The notes beneath the pieces are model-generated. The model saw nothing but the letters and a program-made list of their open reading frames with translations, was not told where the DNA came from and did not search any database. A DNA stretch of 63,290 bases, the filler included, from Asterionella formosa (Eukaryota): the NCBI GenBank assembly GCA_002256025.1. It is 14 parts of 14 records of this genome, joined end to end, with 100 filler letters (N's around TTAATTAATTAA, not from the genome) between each part and the next. Parts side by side here need not be neighbours in the genome. Positions count along the whole stretch, not along the records: positions 36,279 to 40,703 come from NKIB01013529.1; positions 40,804 to 45,224 come from NKIB01013531.1; positions 45,325 to 49,743 come from NKIB01013532.1; 11 more parts are not named here. One strand, 5' to 3'. Below, piece after piece: positions 37,078-48,644 of the stretch (the first letter of the stretch is position 1; each line of letters starts with the position of its first letter). Made by a program: the position numbers and the translations under genes.

Positions 37078-37108
37078 GAACTGAACTGAACTGAACTGAA
37101 TTGAATTG
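37078..37108. repeat. (GAACT/GAATT)n pentamer repeat
   Basis: Six units visible. Confidence 0.8.
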
Positions 37109-39599
37109 TTGTGAACAGCACCTTTTTTGTTTTCCTTATCTCATTATTTTCTTTCTTGTTTGCTTGCAAACAGAGTTGATCATCCGATATCTGTGATCAC
37201 ACCTTAACAACTGAATCATTTTGTGCTGGTGAGACAAGATAAATGTCTACCTTTATTCCTAATACTACTTCTGGTACTCCTTCTTGGTGCCCACCCGGTC
37301 CTCCATTCCCCTTCCAGTCTCGTTGATCTACGCGACTTCACATGCTAACTCCAATGTGGATGCTACATTTATTTCGCAGTACCGCTACACAACTTGCATG
37401 TCTTTGGGCTGACCTTGGTTCCACCCCACCAGCACCAGCAGTTCATATTGCATCACGCCCTCTACTGCACCAATTGCCTCGATTTCTAATATTGCCCCGC
37501 CTATTCCTGCATTTCGACATATGGATGACGTGAGCGACTCACCCTGATCCTGGAAACTTTCTCACACAGCCATTTACATATCCATATATCACTACCAGAT
37601 CCCGACATCACAGTCATCACCATCAATCTGCATTTGTACCCAGAGCATAGTACCACCTTTCGCCCAGCAGAAGACATCATCCCACTTCATTACCTTAAGG
37701 GGCTTGGGTCTAATGCTCATTTTTGCAAGAAGAACTATTCTCATTAACAATCGGCTGCAAGCTAATGAAAGAACCACACAAATTTTGACAACGAAAACTC
37801 GAAGAGATTGACCATAATGGCTAAAATTCACCAAAAAGCATTATCATTAAATTGAGAAATGCTTTTTAATGATGTGCACCCATCATTGCTTCAACTCAGA
37901 TCCAAACAGACCGTTTCCACAACACCACACCAGTATGCAATCCTCTACAAGCATCATGATATAGAGGAATCATACTGAAAGTTTTGATTCTACTGTTGTT
38001 CTTGTCCTTGCCATGGATTTTTTAATTATCAAATTTAATTGATGATTGGTGGTATCATGATGTTATTTGAGTAATATTAGCTATCACAGCCAGGTTTTAC
38101 CTGTAGTCTATATGCTAATACTAGCTACCAGTAGACTTGTTTACACTAATTAACACCTAGTAATGCAATTGCTTCTTTCTGGGATTTTGGTTCCTTTTCT
38201 ATGAGGGGTGTTCTCGTTTGCTTGTTGCTCTAAATTTCTGCTCATTGCTATTTGCAATTGCATTTTGCTCTACTAAGTAGTTGTTCTTTGAAAGTCAGCA
38301 TGTTTTTGAAATTGATGCTAGTTAGCTAGTCTTTCATTATTCTTGTATAACATTTCAAATCCTTGCTGGTTTGAAGCCAAAAAGTGATCAAAAGGAGGAA
38401 TTTCTGGATTTTCTTGTTTCCTCAAGCATGTCAACTTACCTGGGCTTTGAGGAGGAGATCGAAATGAGAAGAAACCTGATTTTCTTGGTCCTCGTCTTGC
38501 TATTGCTATTAGCGGCATGCCAGTTGAGAATTCAGTCCCCTAATCCTTTATGTACTATAATATGCATACCAGTAGTCTATATCGCCATTGGCCATTAAGG
38601 TTCCTGCATTTGAGGTAGGGTTAGAAGATAATATTCAGTCAGAGTAGTCAAACACACATTTCTTACGAGTAAATTATAAATGTATATCGCTAAACAGAGC
38701 TTTCACCAATATTAACCCTTGTTTCCATGTGCTTAGATACAGTCATTGATCAAAGTAGGGTATAGGTCAACGCTTTATGATATCGTCAGGATTATTACGA
38801 AATTTAAGAAATGGCAGAATGATGTCAGAGGGGAAATGTGCGGATTCAACTGATGATGCCTTGAAAGGCGATTTCGTTAAAAAAATAAATTGGCCCAAGG
38901 TGATGAGGGAAACCTCAGAAAAGAAAGAATGTGCACCACCCGTGAATCGAACACGGGGCCCAACGATGGCAACGTTGGATTTTACCACTAAACCAGTGGT
39001 GCTATAGGATGGTGACAGTGAGCGACGATAATAAGTATTTATACCAATAAAACGTTTTCCAGATGAGGATGGTGCAGGTACAGGTACAGTACGTACATTT
39101 CCAAGAGAACTTGACGACCAAGTACCGGTATGTACATACTTACCTGGTACTGGAATTGCCTTGCAGGTCATATGTACGGTACGCACCAGAGTACCAAGTA
39201 CCAGGTAAGTTATCTAACATCTGTACCGGTAGTTACATAAACTAAAATGTCGCGAAATACGTAATATTCCGATGCACCAAATCTGATACGAACTGTCAGG
39301 TACCAAGTACATGTACATACATTTTATGATTCTTCGGCGTCGATTTTTTTCATTCGCCCAAAAGAATCGTTGACACGAATCGACACATGAACGAAAGAAT
39401 AATAAAGCGTTTTATGCCATCCGTGTTACTTTTGTTATACTGCTCTCACCATTATTTTCTTTTCGGTTCTTGTTTTGTTTGGGTAGTACAAAACAGCAAT
39501 CCACGACGAGGAATATTTGGAAATTGATTGCTGCTCCACAGCAACAGTAACATCATCAACAGCGATTATTTCACCAACCATCAAGGCCACTCAAAAAAG

Positions 39600-39839
39600 A
39601 TGATGCTGAGAGTCGCTCAAACAGCCGCGTTGATGGTCCTTCTTTTGTTGCCGGCTACTACAAGCGCCTTGGCGCATCGTAACGAATTGCAATTGACAGA
39701 GGAAGAGAGAATATTGATGGATCTGGAGCAATGGGCTGACATGGAAATGGAAAGATACCAGAAAGTAAGAGGGATCTTACCAATTCGTGCTCAGACACAT
39801 GACGACGAGGGGAGAATCAAGGGGCTTCGAGGCAAGTAA
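39600..39839 (+). CDS. Small secreted protein (79 aa)
   Basis: Clear signal peptide MMLRVAQTAALMVLLLLPATTSA followed by an acidic amphipathic helix and a C-terminal GLRGK. Confidence 0.55.
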   Translation: MMLRVAQTAALMVLLLLPATTSALAHRNELQLTEEERILMDLEQWADMEMERYQKVRGILPIRAQTHDDEGRIKGLRGK

Positions 39840-40803
39840 TAAATGAATAGAGCGAACCTATCACGCACGACGAGAGATGCCCAGTTACTAAAACGACTAA
39901 TATTACATAAATTTCTTTTTACGATAAGGGATTGATCGAAAAAATTGCATAACTTGGTACGAAGGTGAGCAGCTCATCTTTAAGCTCCATGTAAGGAAAA
40001 AGCGAGTCATGACACTGTAACATAAAGTGAATTCACAATTGCTCTTTATCGCCCTCTTAAATGAATTTGAATTTCCCTAAGAACATTGTAGATGTCATGG
40101 CCCGGAAGGATCCCTAGATCAAGTAACGGTAGCAAATTTCCGTCCCAATCGGCGGCTATCTGCAGATATTTAAAAGTATGCTCTGCTAAGCCATTTTACA
40201 TGTCCATCTCATCATTTCGACCAAAGCCAACACACTTGAGATGCAAGTAGTACCAGGTAGCAAGGCATCCCCTTACTTGCTATTTTGGCGACAAGTCGAC
40301 ATCATCAGTGGTGCACTACGCACAGAACACATACATGATGCATGCCAGCAGTTAAAATGATTGTCAAGATGGTTTTGTATACTTGACGAAATATTGATGC
40401 CAGCCAGAACTACCGGGTACCCACTTTTTGACGGTTGTTCATCCGACGACGTACAGTAAATACGTTGTTTCCGTTTCTACATAGCAACCTGGTACCAGGT
40501 ACTTACAGATATTAATGGTAGTCTCCAAACGCTATGTAGAACCGAATTATTATTACAACTGACGAGTGTACATGGTGGTACAAGGTACCGTTATACTACC
40601 GGTAAGCGTGTGGGCGAACCTGCTGGCTGCCTATCATACGAATATCGGAGGCCAACCGGTCGGCGTGGTATGTATTACGGGCTAGGTGCGGGAATTGCAA
40701 ACANNNNNNNNNNNNNNNNNNNNNNNNNNNNNNNNNNNNNNNNNNNNTTAATTAATTAANNNNNNNNNNNNNNNNNNNNNNNNNNNNNNNNNNNNNNNNN
40801 NNN

Positions 40804-42071
40804 TTGTGAAGGCGTTGTATGGTATTGAAATTTGGGTAAGTTGGAAGGAACTGTCGTTGATCAATCTGTCCTTTTTGTTTGGTTTTATTAAGATACCTTG
40901 AGGGGTGTAGTTGATATTTGTGATGAACAAACCCAGCATACGTTCGACTGTGAAAATGTTCTCACGTGCGTCTTCTTTGTTCATGGCTTTGGCGACCAGG
41001 GTTGGGTTAGAGTCAATGGTTTTGTGGTTGCCATAGGTGCGATATTCCTTGACTTGTTGGGCTGAGAAATGAGCATTGATTTTGGCTGGGCATCCAAATG
41101 TAAGAATGCGGGCTATGTGTTGGTATGTGGCTTCATCAACTATTCCCTTCAGTCGGGGTAAGATGATAGTTGGGCTGCGATAGGGGAGTCCAAGAAGGGT
41201 TCCTCCAACATAGCGAATACATGCAGCAATGTCACCACTAAAGTGAAGAAGGAGTGCTGACCTCATTTTGGTGCGATGATGTGGAATGGCTTGTTGGGTG
41301 GCCCAGTTTGTGTCACGGGTTTGGAGTGGGCTAAAATCCACTGTGGATAATTCGACAATTTTTCGGCAGAGGTGTTTGACTCTGGGGTCCATGGACCAGA
41401 GGGCTTCGTAGTCATCATTTTTCAGGTAAGTGCACCTGTTCATGATCACAATCAAGAGGGTCGAGTAAATTGTTGGCGTTGTTGTAACTGAAACATTTTT
41501 TTGTATTCTTACCAAAGGGTTGTGAGACAGCAAGTTGTGCTGCTGATGGGATACTTGATCTTGTAAGATAGGCTGCTTTTATGCTTGCATTGACTTGGCT
41601 CCCTGTGAAGGGAGTTGAGGTTGTTCGATGTGTTGGTTTCTGGGGTCCTGTGGAATCCGGCTTGAATGATATTTTTCGTATGTGGCTAGTTTGCACATGG
41701 TCCACAGTGAACGAGTTATTATTGCGTTGTGAGGGGTTGTAGAATTTGAGGAGCCTTGTTTTGGTGTTGTGGCATATTATTAGTGAGTTCTACAAATAAG
41801 ATCATGGTGTGTTGTATGTGTAACTGTTTTTCTAGTTTACTCACATCTGCTGGATCCAATCCATGATTTTCTTTTTTGTGTCTCCCACCCAAGTGATGGT
41901 GGAGTCATTGTCAACCCAACTGACGAATTTTTTGGCTTCGGCTATGGTGCCGATTTCAGATGGTTTGGTGGGGTGACGGTATCGGCAGTTTGGTCGACGG
42001 CATACTTGGTGCTCAGTAATCATATGGAGAATGTTCCTTGTTGTATGAATGATATATTGATAGTACCTCAT
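40804..42071 (-). mobile_element. DIRS/Ngaro-like (tyrosine-recombinase class) retrotransposon fragment: gag-like Cys/His finger remnant and N-terminal RT region
   Basis: ORF 41533-40804 with RILTFGCP, YGNH, MNKED and TPQGILIKPNKKDRLINDSS, typical of the RT start in this group. Upstream CRRPNCRYRH. Cut by the contig edge. Confidence 0.6.
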
Positions 42072-42730
42072 TCTATACTATGAGCTGATGAATTGAGACG
42101 TTCAACATGGTGTGTTGCTTGAATATTGATGATGTTATAGGTGAATCAGTACTGGGAAACCATCATTTCCAAATTAAGCTGTTTTGTTATGAAATGACAT
42201 AGTGACATCATCTGGAGAATGTTCCTTGTTGTATGAATGAAATATTGATAGTACCTCATTCTATACCATGAGCCAGTGAATTGAGATGTTCAACATGGTG
42301 TGTTGCTTGAATATTGATGAAGTTATATGGGAATCAGTATTGGGAAACCATCATTTCCAAATTGTGTGGTTTTGTTATGAAATGACATAGTGACATCATC
42401 TGGAGAATGTTCCTTGTTATATGAATGAAATATTGATGGTAACTCATTCTATATTATGATCTTATGAATTGAGACGTTCAACATGGTGTGTTGCTTGAAT
42501 ATTGATGAAATTATAGGGGAATCAGTATTGGGAAACCATTATTGCCAAATGGTGTGGTTTTGTAATGAAATGATATAGTGACTCATCTGCAGAACGGTAC
42601 ATATTGAATGATTGATATATTAATATCACCTTCTTCACTCTTTACTTTACTCCAGTGAATTGGGAGTTGCAACATGATGCGTTGGTTGAATATTGATGGA
42701 GTTATGGTTGAATATTGATGGAGTTATCAA
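42024..42730. repeat. Tandem repeat with a ~187-bp unit, 3 good copies and 1 degenerate
   Basis: TGGAGAATGTTCCTTGTT starts at about 42025, 42213 and 42401, with a degenerate copy at about 42588. Confidence 0.9.
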
Positions 42731-42893
42731 ACCTTCATATCCTGACTTTTTAACATTAAAAAATGGTAGTAAGCAAGCTAGCTAGCTTTATACCTTATGC
42801 ACAGTGCCATTACAATGTCTTTCCATAACACGGCAATATGAATGACTGATATGGCTGGTCTGATGATTACTAGTGAATTAACAATGATAGTTT

Positions 42894-44723
42894 CTATGTC
42901 AATTTCAATTGACTTGTCGATTCTTGCATGTTTAAATATATGGCATTCTCATTGAGGGAAGCAAGATGTTTTTCAAAACTGTCCAAGTTGGCTGACCAAG
43001 GATCCTGCCCACATGTTGCAAATGCAGCTGCAATCCATCTCCTGGGCTTATTTCCTAGGTTTATTTCATCAAAGGCAGTCTCAATCATTCCAACCAGATC
43101 TTCCCTTGGGACTGTGAGAGCACAACCAACCAGCTCTCTGGCAGTTTTATCAGCTATGGCTTTCTGCCTGAAATCATAAAATAGCTTCTTGATTGCAGCC
43201 TTGAGAGGTTTATTCAAAGCAATATCACACACCTGATGAATTGATGTCATGCCTTCTAAGATGTAAACAAGGAAGACTTTACCTGGTCCAGGTGATGAAT
43301 GATTTGTCTCCAGCCAATCTGTGATAATTTTTCCAAAATGAGTTTTGGATCGATCTACAATAAGCAAAGACCTTTGACATGGAAACATTTTCAATAGCCA
43401 GTCAAGATATATAATAAAAGCATATTGAGTCATCCAATGTGATTTGTTGAAAATAACTGTTGACTTTGTGTAGTTGCTCCAAGAGGTCATCAGATCTGCT
43501 CCAAATGATCCAGTATCAATGATGAATGGTGGTAGAAGTTGTGAAGAAAGAAGACTAGCTGTGACTGCCAGTGTGACTCCCTTTTTGTCATTTTCAACTG
43601 GAACCAAGGACCCTACTCGTTTTGTTCCTTTTGGCACAAGGACCTTGTCCTTACCAGGGTAGAAAAGAATGAAAGTCTCATCCATGTTGAAAACATTATC
43701 CACTTGGAGATCAATGGCAGTTTTGCAAATAAGTAGTGACTGTCTCCGGGCAATATCAGCCCATTTAACAGGAACCTTTTGTGAAATTGTATTTACACGC
43801 TCAGAAAACTGAGACCTTGAAATAACTCTTCTAGTCCATGTACGAAGACTGCCAGGATCTTTTAATAACTTATGAAAATCTTCAGAGTAGTTCTGTCGAC
43901 CAAACCGATGTCGCAGTGAAACAATTACTTCTTCAAATGAAGCAGCATCGCCACGCTCAAATCTGGACAAGATCATGTTGGTGACATGAATCTGCTGGAC
44001 AAGATATTTTATTGGAGGTCCAAGGGTGGATCCCTTTGTAGCATGTGGAATGCGGCAATTAGCGGATCCAATATATAATGTATTGTTGTTTTTCTTTGCT
44101 CGTGATGCTGCCAATTGGGGAGAAATATTTAAATTTCGGAATACAAGTTGCTTCTGGCCTCCACTTCTTTCCAGTTGTTGCACTATTAACAAATACTTTT
44201 TCAAATGTTTTGATTTGATCAAATCTTGTCTCCTGGTTTTACTATGCATGACAAACAAATATTGCTTTCTCAATGGAACAATTTTCATTATACCTTCTGG
44301 GGTTGCGGACTTGGCAATTGAAATCCATTTGTAAATGTTCTCCTTTCGTAACCAGCTCCTCAGAGTTTCTGGTCTTACCATGGACCCAAAAACTTCATCA
44401 AACATCTTGAAAGAGAGGTTCCCTAAATCTTGATGTAGATAAAAAGAGATCATCAGTGACCGACAGACCCATGTCATTTCCTTTTTCCCAGTAGGAGATA
44501 CAGTTGCAGTGCCAAGAACAATAGAAACACTTGAAAACTGAAACTCAATCTTTTCAATAAGATCATCAAGAATTTTCTCAATAATTGCACTTTTGACACA
44601 TCTATTTGCATGATTATTCAATTCAATTTTATGATGCAAGTGGTCCAAACGGGCAGCATTATGTGCAGCAGCAGCTTCAGTATTGACATTGAGCATGGTA
44701 CGCCATTGTAAAATAGTTGCCAT
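42894..44723 (-). CDS. pogo/Tigger-type DDD transposase (DDE_1 family)
   Basis: 609-aa open frame with NVFNMDETF, LLIVDRSKTH and TSIHQVCDIALNKPLK, plus a CENP-B-like HTH region upstream. The frame stays stop-free for about 85 more codons upstream of the ATG. Confidence 0.9.
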   Translation of the reverse strand: MATILQWRTMLNVNTEAAAAHNAARLDHLHHKIELNNHANRCVKSAIIEKILDDLIEKIEFQFSSVSIVLGTATVSPTGKKEMTWVCRSLMISFYLHQDLGNLSFKMFDEVFGSMVRPETLRSWLRKENIYKWISIAKSATPEGIMKIVPLRKQYLFVMHSKTRRQDLIKSKHLKKYLLIVQQLERSGGQKQLVFRNLNISPQLAASRAKKNNNTLYIGSANCRIPHATKGSTLGPPIKYLVQQIHVTNMILSRFERGDAASFEEVIVSLRHRFGRQNYSEDFHKLLKDPGSLRTWTRRVISRSQFSERVNTISQKVPVKWADIARRQSLLICKTAIDLQVDNVFNMDETFILFYPGKDKVLVPKGTKRVGSLVPVENDKKGVTLAVTASLLSSQLLPPFIIDTGSFGADLMTSWSNYTKSTVIFNKSHWMTQYAFIIYLDWLLKMFPCQRSLLIVDRSKTHFGKIITDWLETNHSSPGPGKVFLVYILEGMTSIHQVCDIALNKPLKAAIKKLFYDFRQKAIADKTARELVGCALTVPREDLVGMIETAFDEINLGNKPRRWIAAAFATCGQDPWSANLDSFEKHLASLNENAIYLNMQESTSQLKLT

Positions 44724-46094
44724 GCTTTTCTCATGTTCCCCCCTCTTTATTGCAGATGATGGCTGGGGAACAAGTTTCTGCTCTGGCTCTGGAGATAAAT
44801 TTGCTTTGAAAGTTTGTATCTTATTTGCAATTCCCTTCCTTTTTGCAGATTGTGAAACAGGCTTGGTAAACCAATTGAGTATTGATGGTTGTTTTGAATT
44901 TTTTTGGCCAGAAGGTTTTTTGATTCCAGGATGTTGTTCATTCCTTCGACATTTGTAATTTGTTGAGTAAGGATGGAGTCATGATTTGCTGTAATAGAAT
45001 GCTGATAGACTCCACTCTGACCTTTCAGAAGAATCCCTGTGGTGGGCATCAAGTAGCAAAAATGATTAGCTAAATGTGGCTGGCTTGATGGGATTGGAGA
45101 CATGGGAAATCCGAAGCGATGGTGGTAGACATACACAGCTGGAGAGTCACTTGGTAGATGGAAGCAGGTATGGCTACTCAAGAAACTAGAAGAATTGAAT
45201 TCCTCTATTGACTTGCTGCTATTANNNNNNNNNNNNNNNNNNNNNNNNNNNNNNNNNNNNNNNNNNNNTTAATTAATTAANNNNNNNNNNNNNNNNNNNN
45301 NNNNNNNNNNNNNNNNNNNNNNNNCACCCCAATGCAACATCATCACTCCACTCAGCCCTTAACACTATTCCACCATATGTGATCTTACCTTACTCTTCAG
45401 CCCTAAATTTCATCCTGGCAATTGATTGCCAGGATCCACAATTCAAACTCAAATTCACCGAAATAGCAATACAGTTTGCTACATACTTCCTGCGTCTCTC
45501 AAGACCCTTCTCTTGCTCTCACCTTATGTCTTCATCAGGCTACCACTTTCATTGATTTGTCAACATTTTCGACTCTCCTTCAAATATTTCATTCTTCCAA
45601 AATGGCCATGTAGTTTAAATATGTCGTTCTACTTCTTGATTTGCCTTTTTCTCTGCCCTCGGTTCCTCCCTATACTGGGTGGTCTATACACACTCTAAGA
45701 GCCATATGTGGTCTCCTTGACCTTGCTTGCCATCTCTACGATTGTTTCCTACTCTGCAACCCCTAAGAGTCCCTCAATGGACTCACCCTCACTCGTTATT
45801 CCTTTGGGGCCCATTTGGGCCCTAGTGCAACTCCACGAACTCCATTAAATTCGAGTTTCAATAAAAGCGTACTTTAAAATTTTCTTATTCTATATATTTA
45901 GTGAATTCTAAAAGGAATCTATGTACGTATGCGCAAAATTCCACTGATTTGAATATTTCAAATGGAATCATGTCATTCAAAAATAGCTCATATAAATTCT
46001 TAGTTCCACGGAATTTTGGTAACCCTAAGCAATATTTCATTTTTTGCCTTAGGGACATGCAGCAACCTTGTGCATAAATAAAATATTTATGTAG

Positions 46095-46108
46095 TACTCC
46101 CTCTGTCC
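46095..46108. mobile_element. Stowaway/mariner-type TIR start (TA|CTCCCTCTGTCC)
   Basis: Consensus match, with the same motif inverted at 24258-24271. Confidence 0.55.
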
Positions 46109-46876
46109 AATAACAGTTGCATCGATAATTCTAAAGAGTGCTCCATTTCAAAGACGACTTACCATTGCACCTCCATGAATTGTATCAACCCACACGAGGC
46201 AAAGGTACTTGAAAGTAACATGAAAAAGAATCGCATGTTGATGGACTTCTGATTTACCTTTTCGATATAAATGCAAGTTAGACTTGATCGATTCACCATC
46301 CCAGACATTAATGAAAAACCCAAAACCAGAACCCGGGAAATTATCAAGTCCCCAAGGAAGGCACTTGTCAACATTATTGATTACCAGTTCTGCATGCTGG
46401 TAGTCAAAATTCAACAAAATATCTTTGTTGGTGAAACACCTTCAATCTGGAGCATGGTGCCATCGTCCATAATATGCTTCACAGTTTTCCTGTCTGCGGT
46501 ACTTTTTCGAAGAAACCAGCGGAGATCACTAATGTAGAGATTTTTGAATGTTGACCAAATGCCTTTGACAAATTTTCTAGCAGAGTTGAGATTATCGGAT
46601 TTGCGAGGATTAATAGGAAGTGCCTGCCATCCCACCTTCTTTCCAACCCTCTTTTTAATCACCAGGGGAAACGAATTGATTTTCTTCACCCTTTCCAACA
46701 TGATGAAAATTAATTTATCCAGGCAAGCCAGTAGTACCTGGTTGTATGCCTACTGGTAGTGCTGCTCCGGAAGTATGGTGCTGCCATTGACAGGTCAGAA
46801 GGGAGATAGTGCTAGTACTGTTGCTTGGTAATATACTAGCATTGTTCCTAGTAGCTACTAGGAATACACAAACGAC

Positions 46877-47804
46877 CAGGAAAGTCCGGTAATCAGTGCA
46901 TTGCGCGCACTTTAAACTAAAATTTTCACCTAGCAGTTTCAACCTACTTCATTGGTAGTAGTCTGGTGGCTGACCGTCTCACAAATTCCAAAATGATAAA
47001 ATATTTCAAAACGGTTACATGTATTTATATTACCTGGAACCCTTTACAAAGTTTCAAACTGAAAAGCGCTGCCACCTTTCACAGCAGAATCGCTGTCTAC
47101 CAGCTTCAACTTGCTTGCTGACTGTGGACTTCATTTTGCTAACTGCTGACTTGATTTGCTGAAAATTTGAAATATTTACTGACTGCTGACTTCATTTGCT
47201 GACTAATTACTGACATGAAATCACTGACTGCTATCTTCAACTTGCAGACTTCAAGCAACCTACCAAGTAGGAAGAAGCCAACTTTATTAATCATGATATT
47301 TGAATAACGATGGAAAAGCATCTTTTTGTTGTGAGATACTGAAGCAATGCCTACTACATAGTATCAGGAGTAACACAGAGTTAATAAAAGCTTTTAAATA
47401 GTCATCATTGACTGAAAATAGTCATTGCTATCTACTTCTTCATTTTGCAACCAGACCTACCAGTATGCCCTATCTTTAAAATGCTGACTTAGACTTGCTA
47501 AATACTGATTGCGGACTTTGTTTTGCTGACTGCTGACTTGATTTGCTGACTATACTGACATGAAATCCCTGACTGTTAACTTCAACATACTGACTGCTGA
47601 CATTAAGTTCATTTTGATGATAAAACAACTAATGGCTTCACTTTTATGTAACCAATGATTTAAAGAAAAACGGAGTGGTGCAAAATTTACGGGTTCGACA
47701 ATTTTTGGGGGATGTACCCCTGCCTTTTTTCGCATCTGAATCAATGACCAGAAATCGAGTAACCTTCGCGCTATGTGCGCTGATTACTGGTACCGAACCT
47801 TCGA
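46877..47804. mobile_element. TIR element family C, inverted copy of 16689-17630
   Basis: Begins CAGGAAAGTCCGGTAATCAG. It is collinear in reverse with the contig-4 copy and has GCTGACT arrays. Confidence 0.85.
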
Positions 47805-47920
47805 GGATAACGGTTGGTACTGACTCCAGGGTACTCGGTACCTTGTACCCTGGTACTTGGTACACTGTAATTCTAAACTACTGGTACCTGTTAACATACA
47901 GATCGAAGTTACAACTTACT

Positions 47921-47941
47921 TAGGGTTTTATGGAAACCCTA
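47921..47941. promoter_or_regulatory. Paired inverted telo-box-like motifs upstream of RPS20
   Basis: TAGGGTTT (47921-47928) and AAACCCTA (47934-47941) lie just before a pyrimidine-rich putative transcript start. Confidence 0.45.
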
Positions 47942-48281
47942 CTTCAGAAAACTATGCTGCCGCCAACTCTCTCACTTCTCACTTTGCTCCAGGTTCGTGA
48001 ACGCCATGGCGTTTTCTTGTTAATGAAATGTTTGTTGACACCAGGAGTTATGCAATTTACAATGGGAAACGATTTAAGGCGTTACCCTGACAAATTTGGT
48101 TGAATCGTGAAATGAGAAGACTTTGAAACTACATTTCCATCGGTGGTCAGGAGACCGTCTAGTAGTAGTTAGTACCTCTTTTTTCTTTCCCGATTTCAAG
48201 TTGATAGCCATTGCTCACTTTTTGACGTGCTCTCCTCAATTCGACAGTCGGAAGTATTTCGAACAACCTTCTTGCTTCAAT

Positions 48282-48644
48282 ATGTCTTCATTCCCTCCCA
48301 AGAAGGACGTCGTTCCTACTGAAGAGCAGGTTGTCCACCGCATTCGTATTACTTTGACCTCACGCAATGTCAAGAACCTCGAAAAGGTGTGTGCCGACTT
48401 GAAGAAGGGTGCGACAGACAAGGAACTCCACGTGAGTGGACCTGTCCGTATGCCTACCAAGCGTCTCAAGATGACCACTCGTAAGGCTCCTTCTGGAAAT
48501 GGTACCAACAGTTTCGACTGCTTCGAGATGCGTATCCACAAGCGTATTATTGATTTGCATGCTCCTAGTGAGGTTGTCAAGCAGATCACCTCTATCAGCA
48601 TTGAACCTGGTGTCGAGGTTGATGTCACCATCAACGACCGCTAA
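48282..48644 (+). CDS. RPS20: 40S ribosomal protein S20 (uS10)
   Basis: [52 protein letters not shown] at 48282, with a probable 5'-UTR intron at 47993-48247. Confidence 0.97.
   Translation: MSSFPPKKDVVPTEEQVVHRIRITLTSRNVKNLEKVCADLKKGATDKELHVSGPVRMPTKRLKMTTRKAPSGNGTNSFDCFEMRIHKRIIDLHAPSEVVKQITSISIEPGVEVDVTINDR

Noticed and set aside
37240..39010. Possible decayed genes on contig 9
   Set aside because: Only short broken frames with no recognisable domain.
46148..46759. Cluster of short ORFs after the Stowaway-like TIR
   Set aside because: Fragmented with no identifiable motif. Possibly a TE remnant, but not supportable.
47993..48247. Intronic snoRNA in the RPS20 5'-UTR intron
   Set aside because: No convincing box C (RTGATGA)/box D pair with a terminal stem, and no H/ACA layout was seen.
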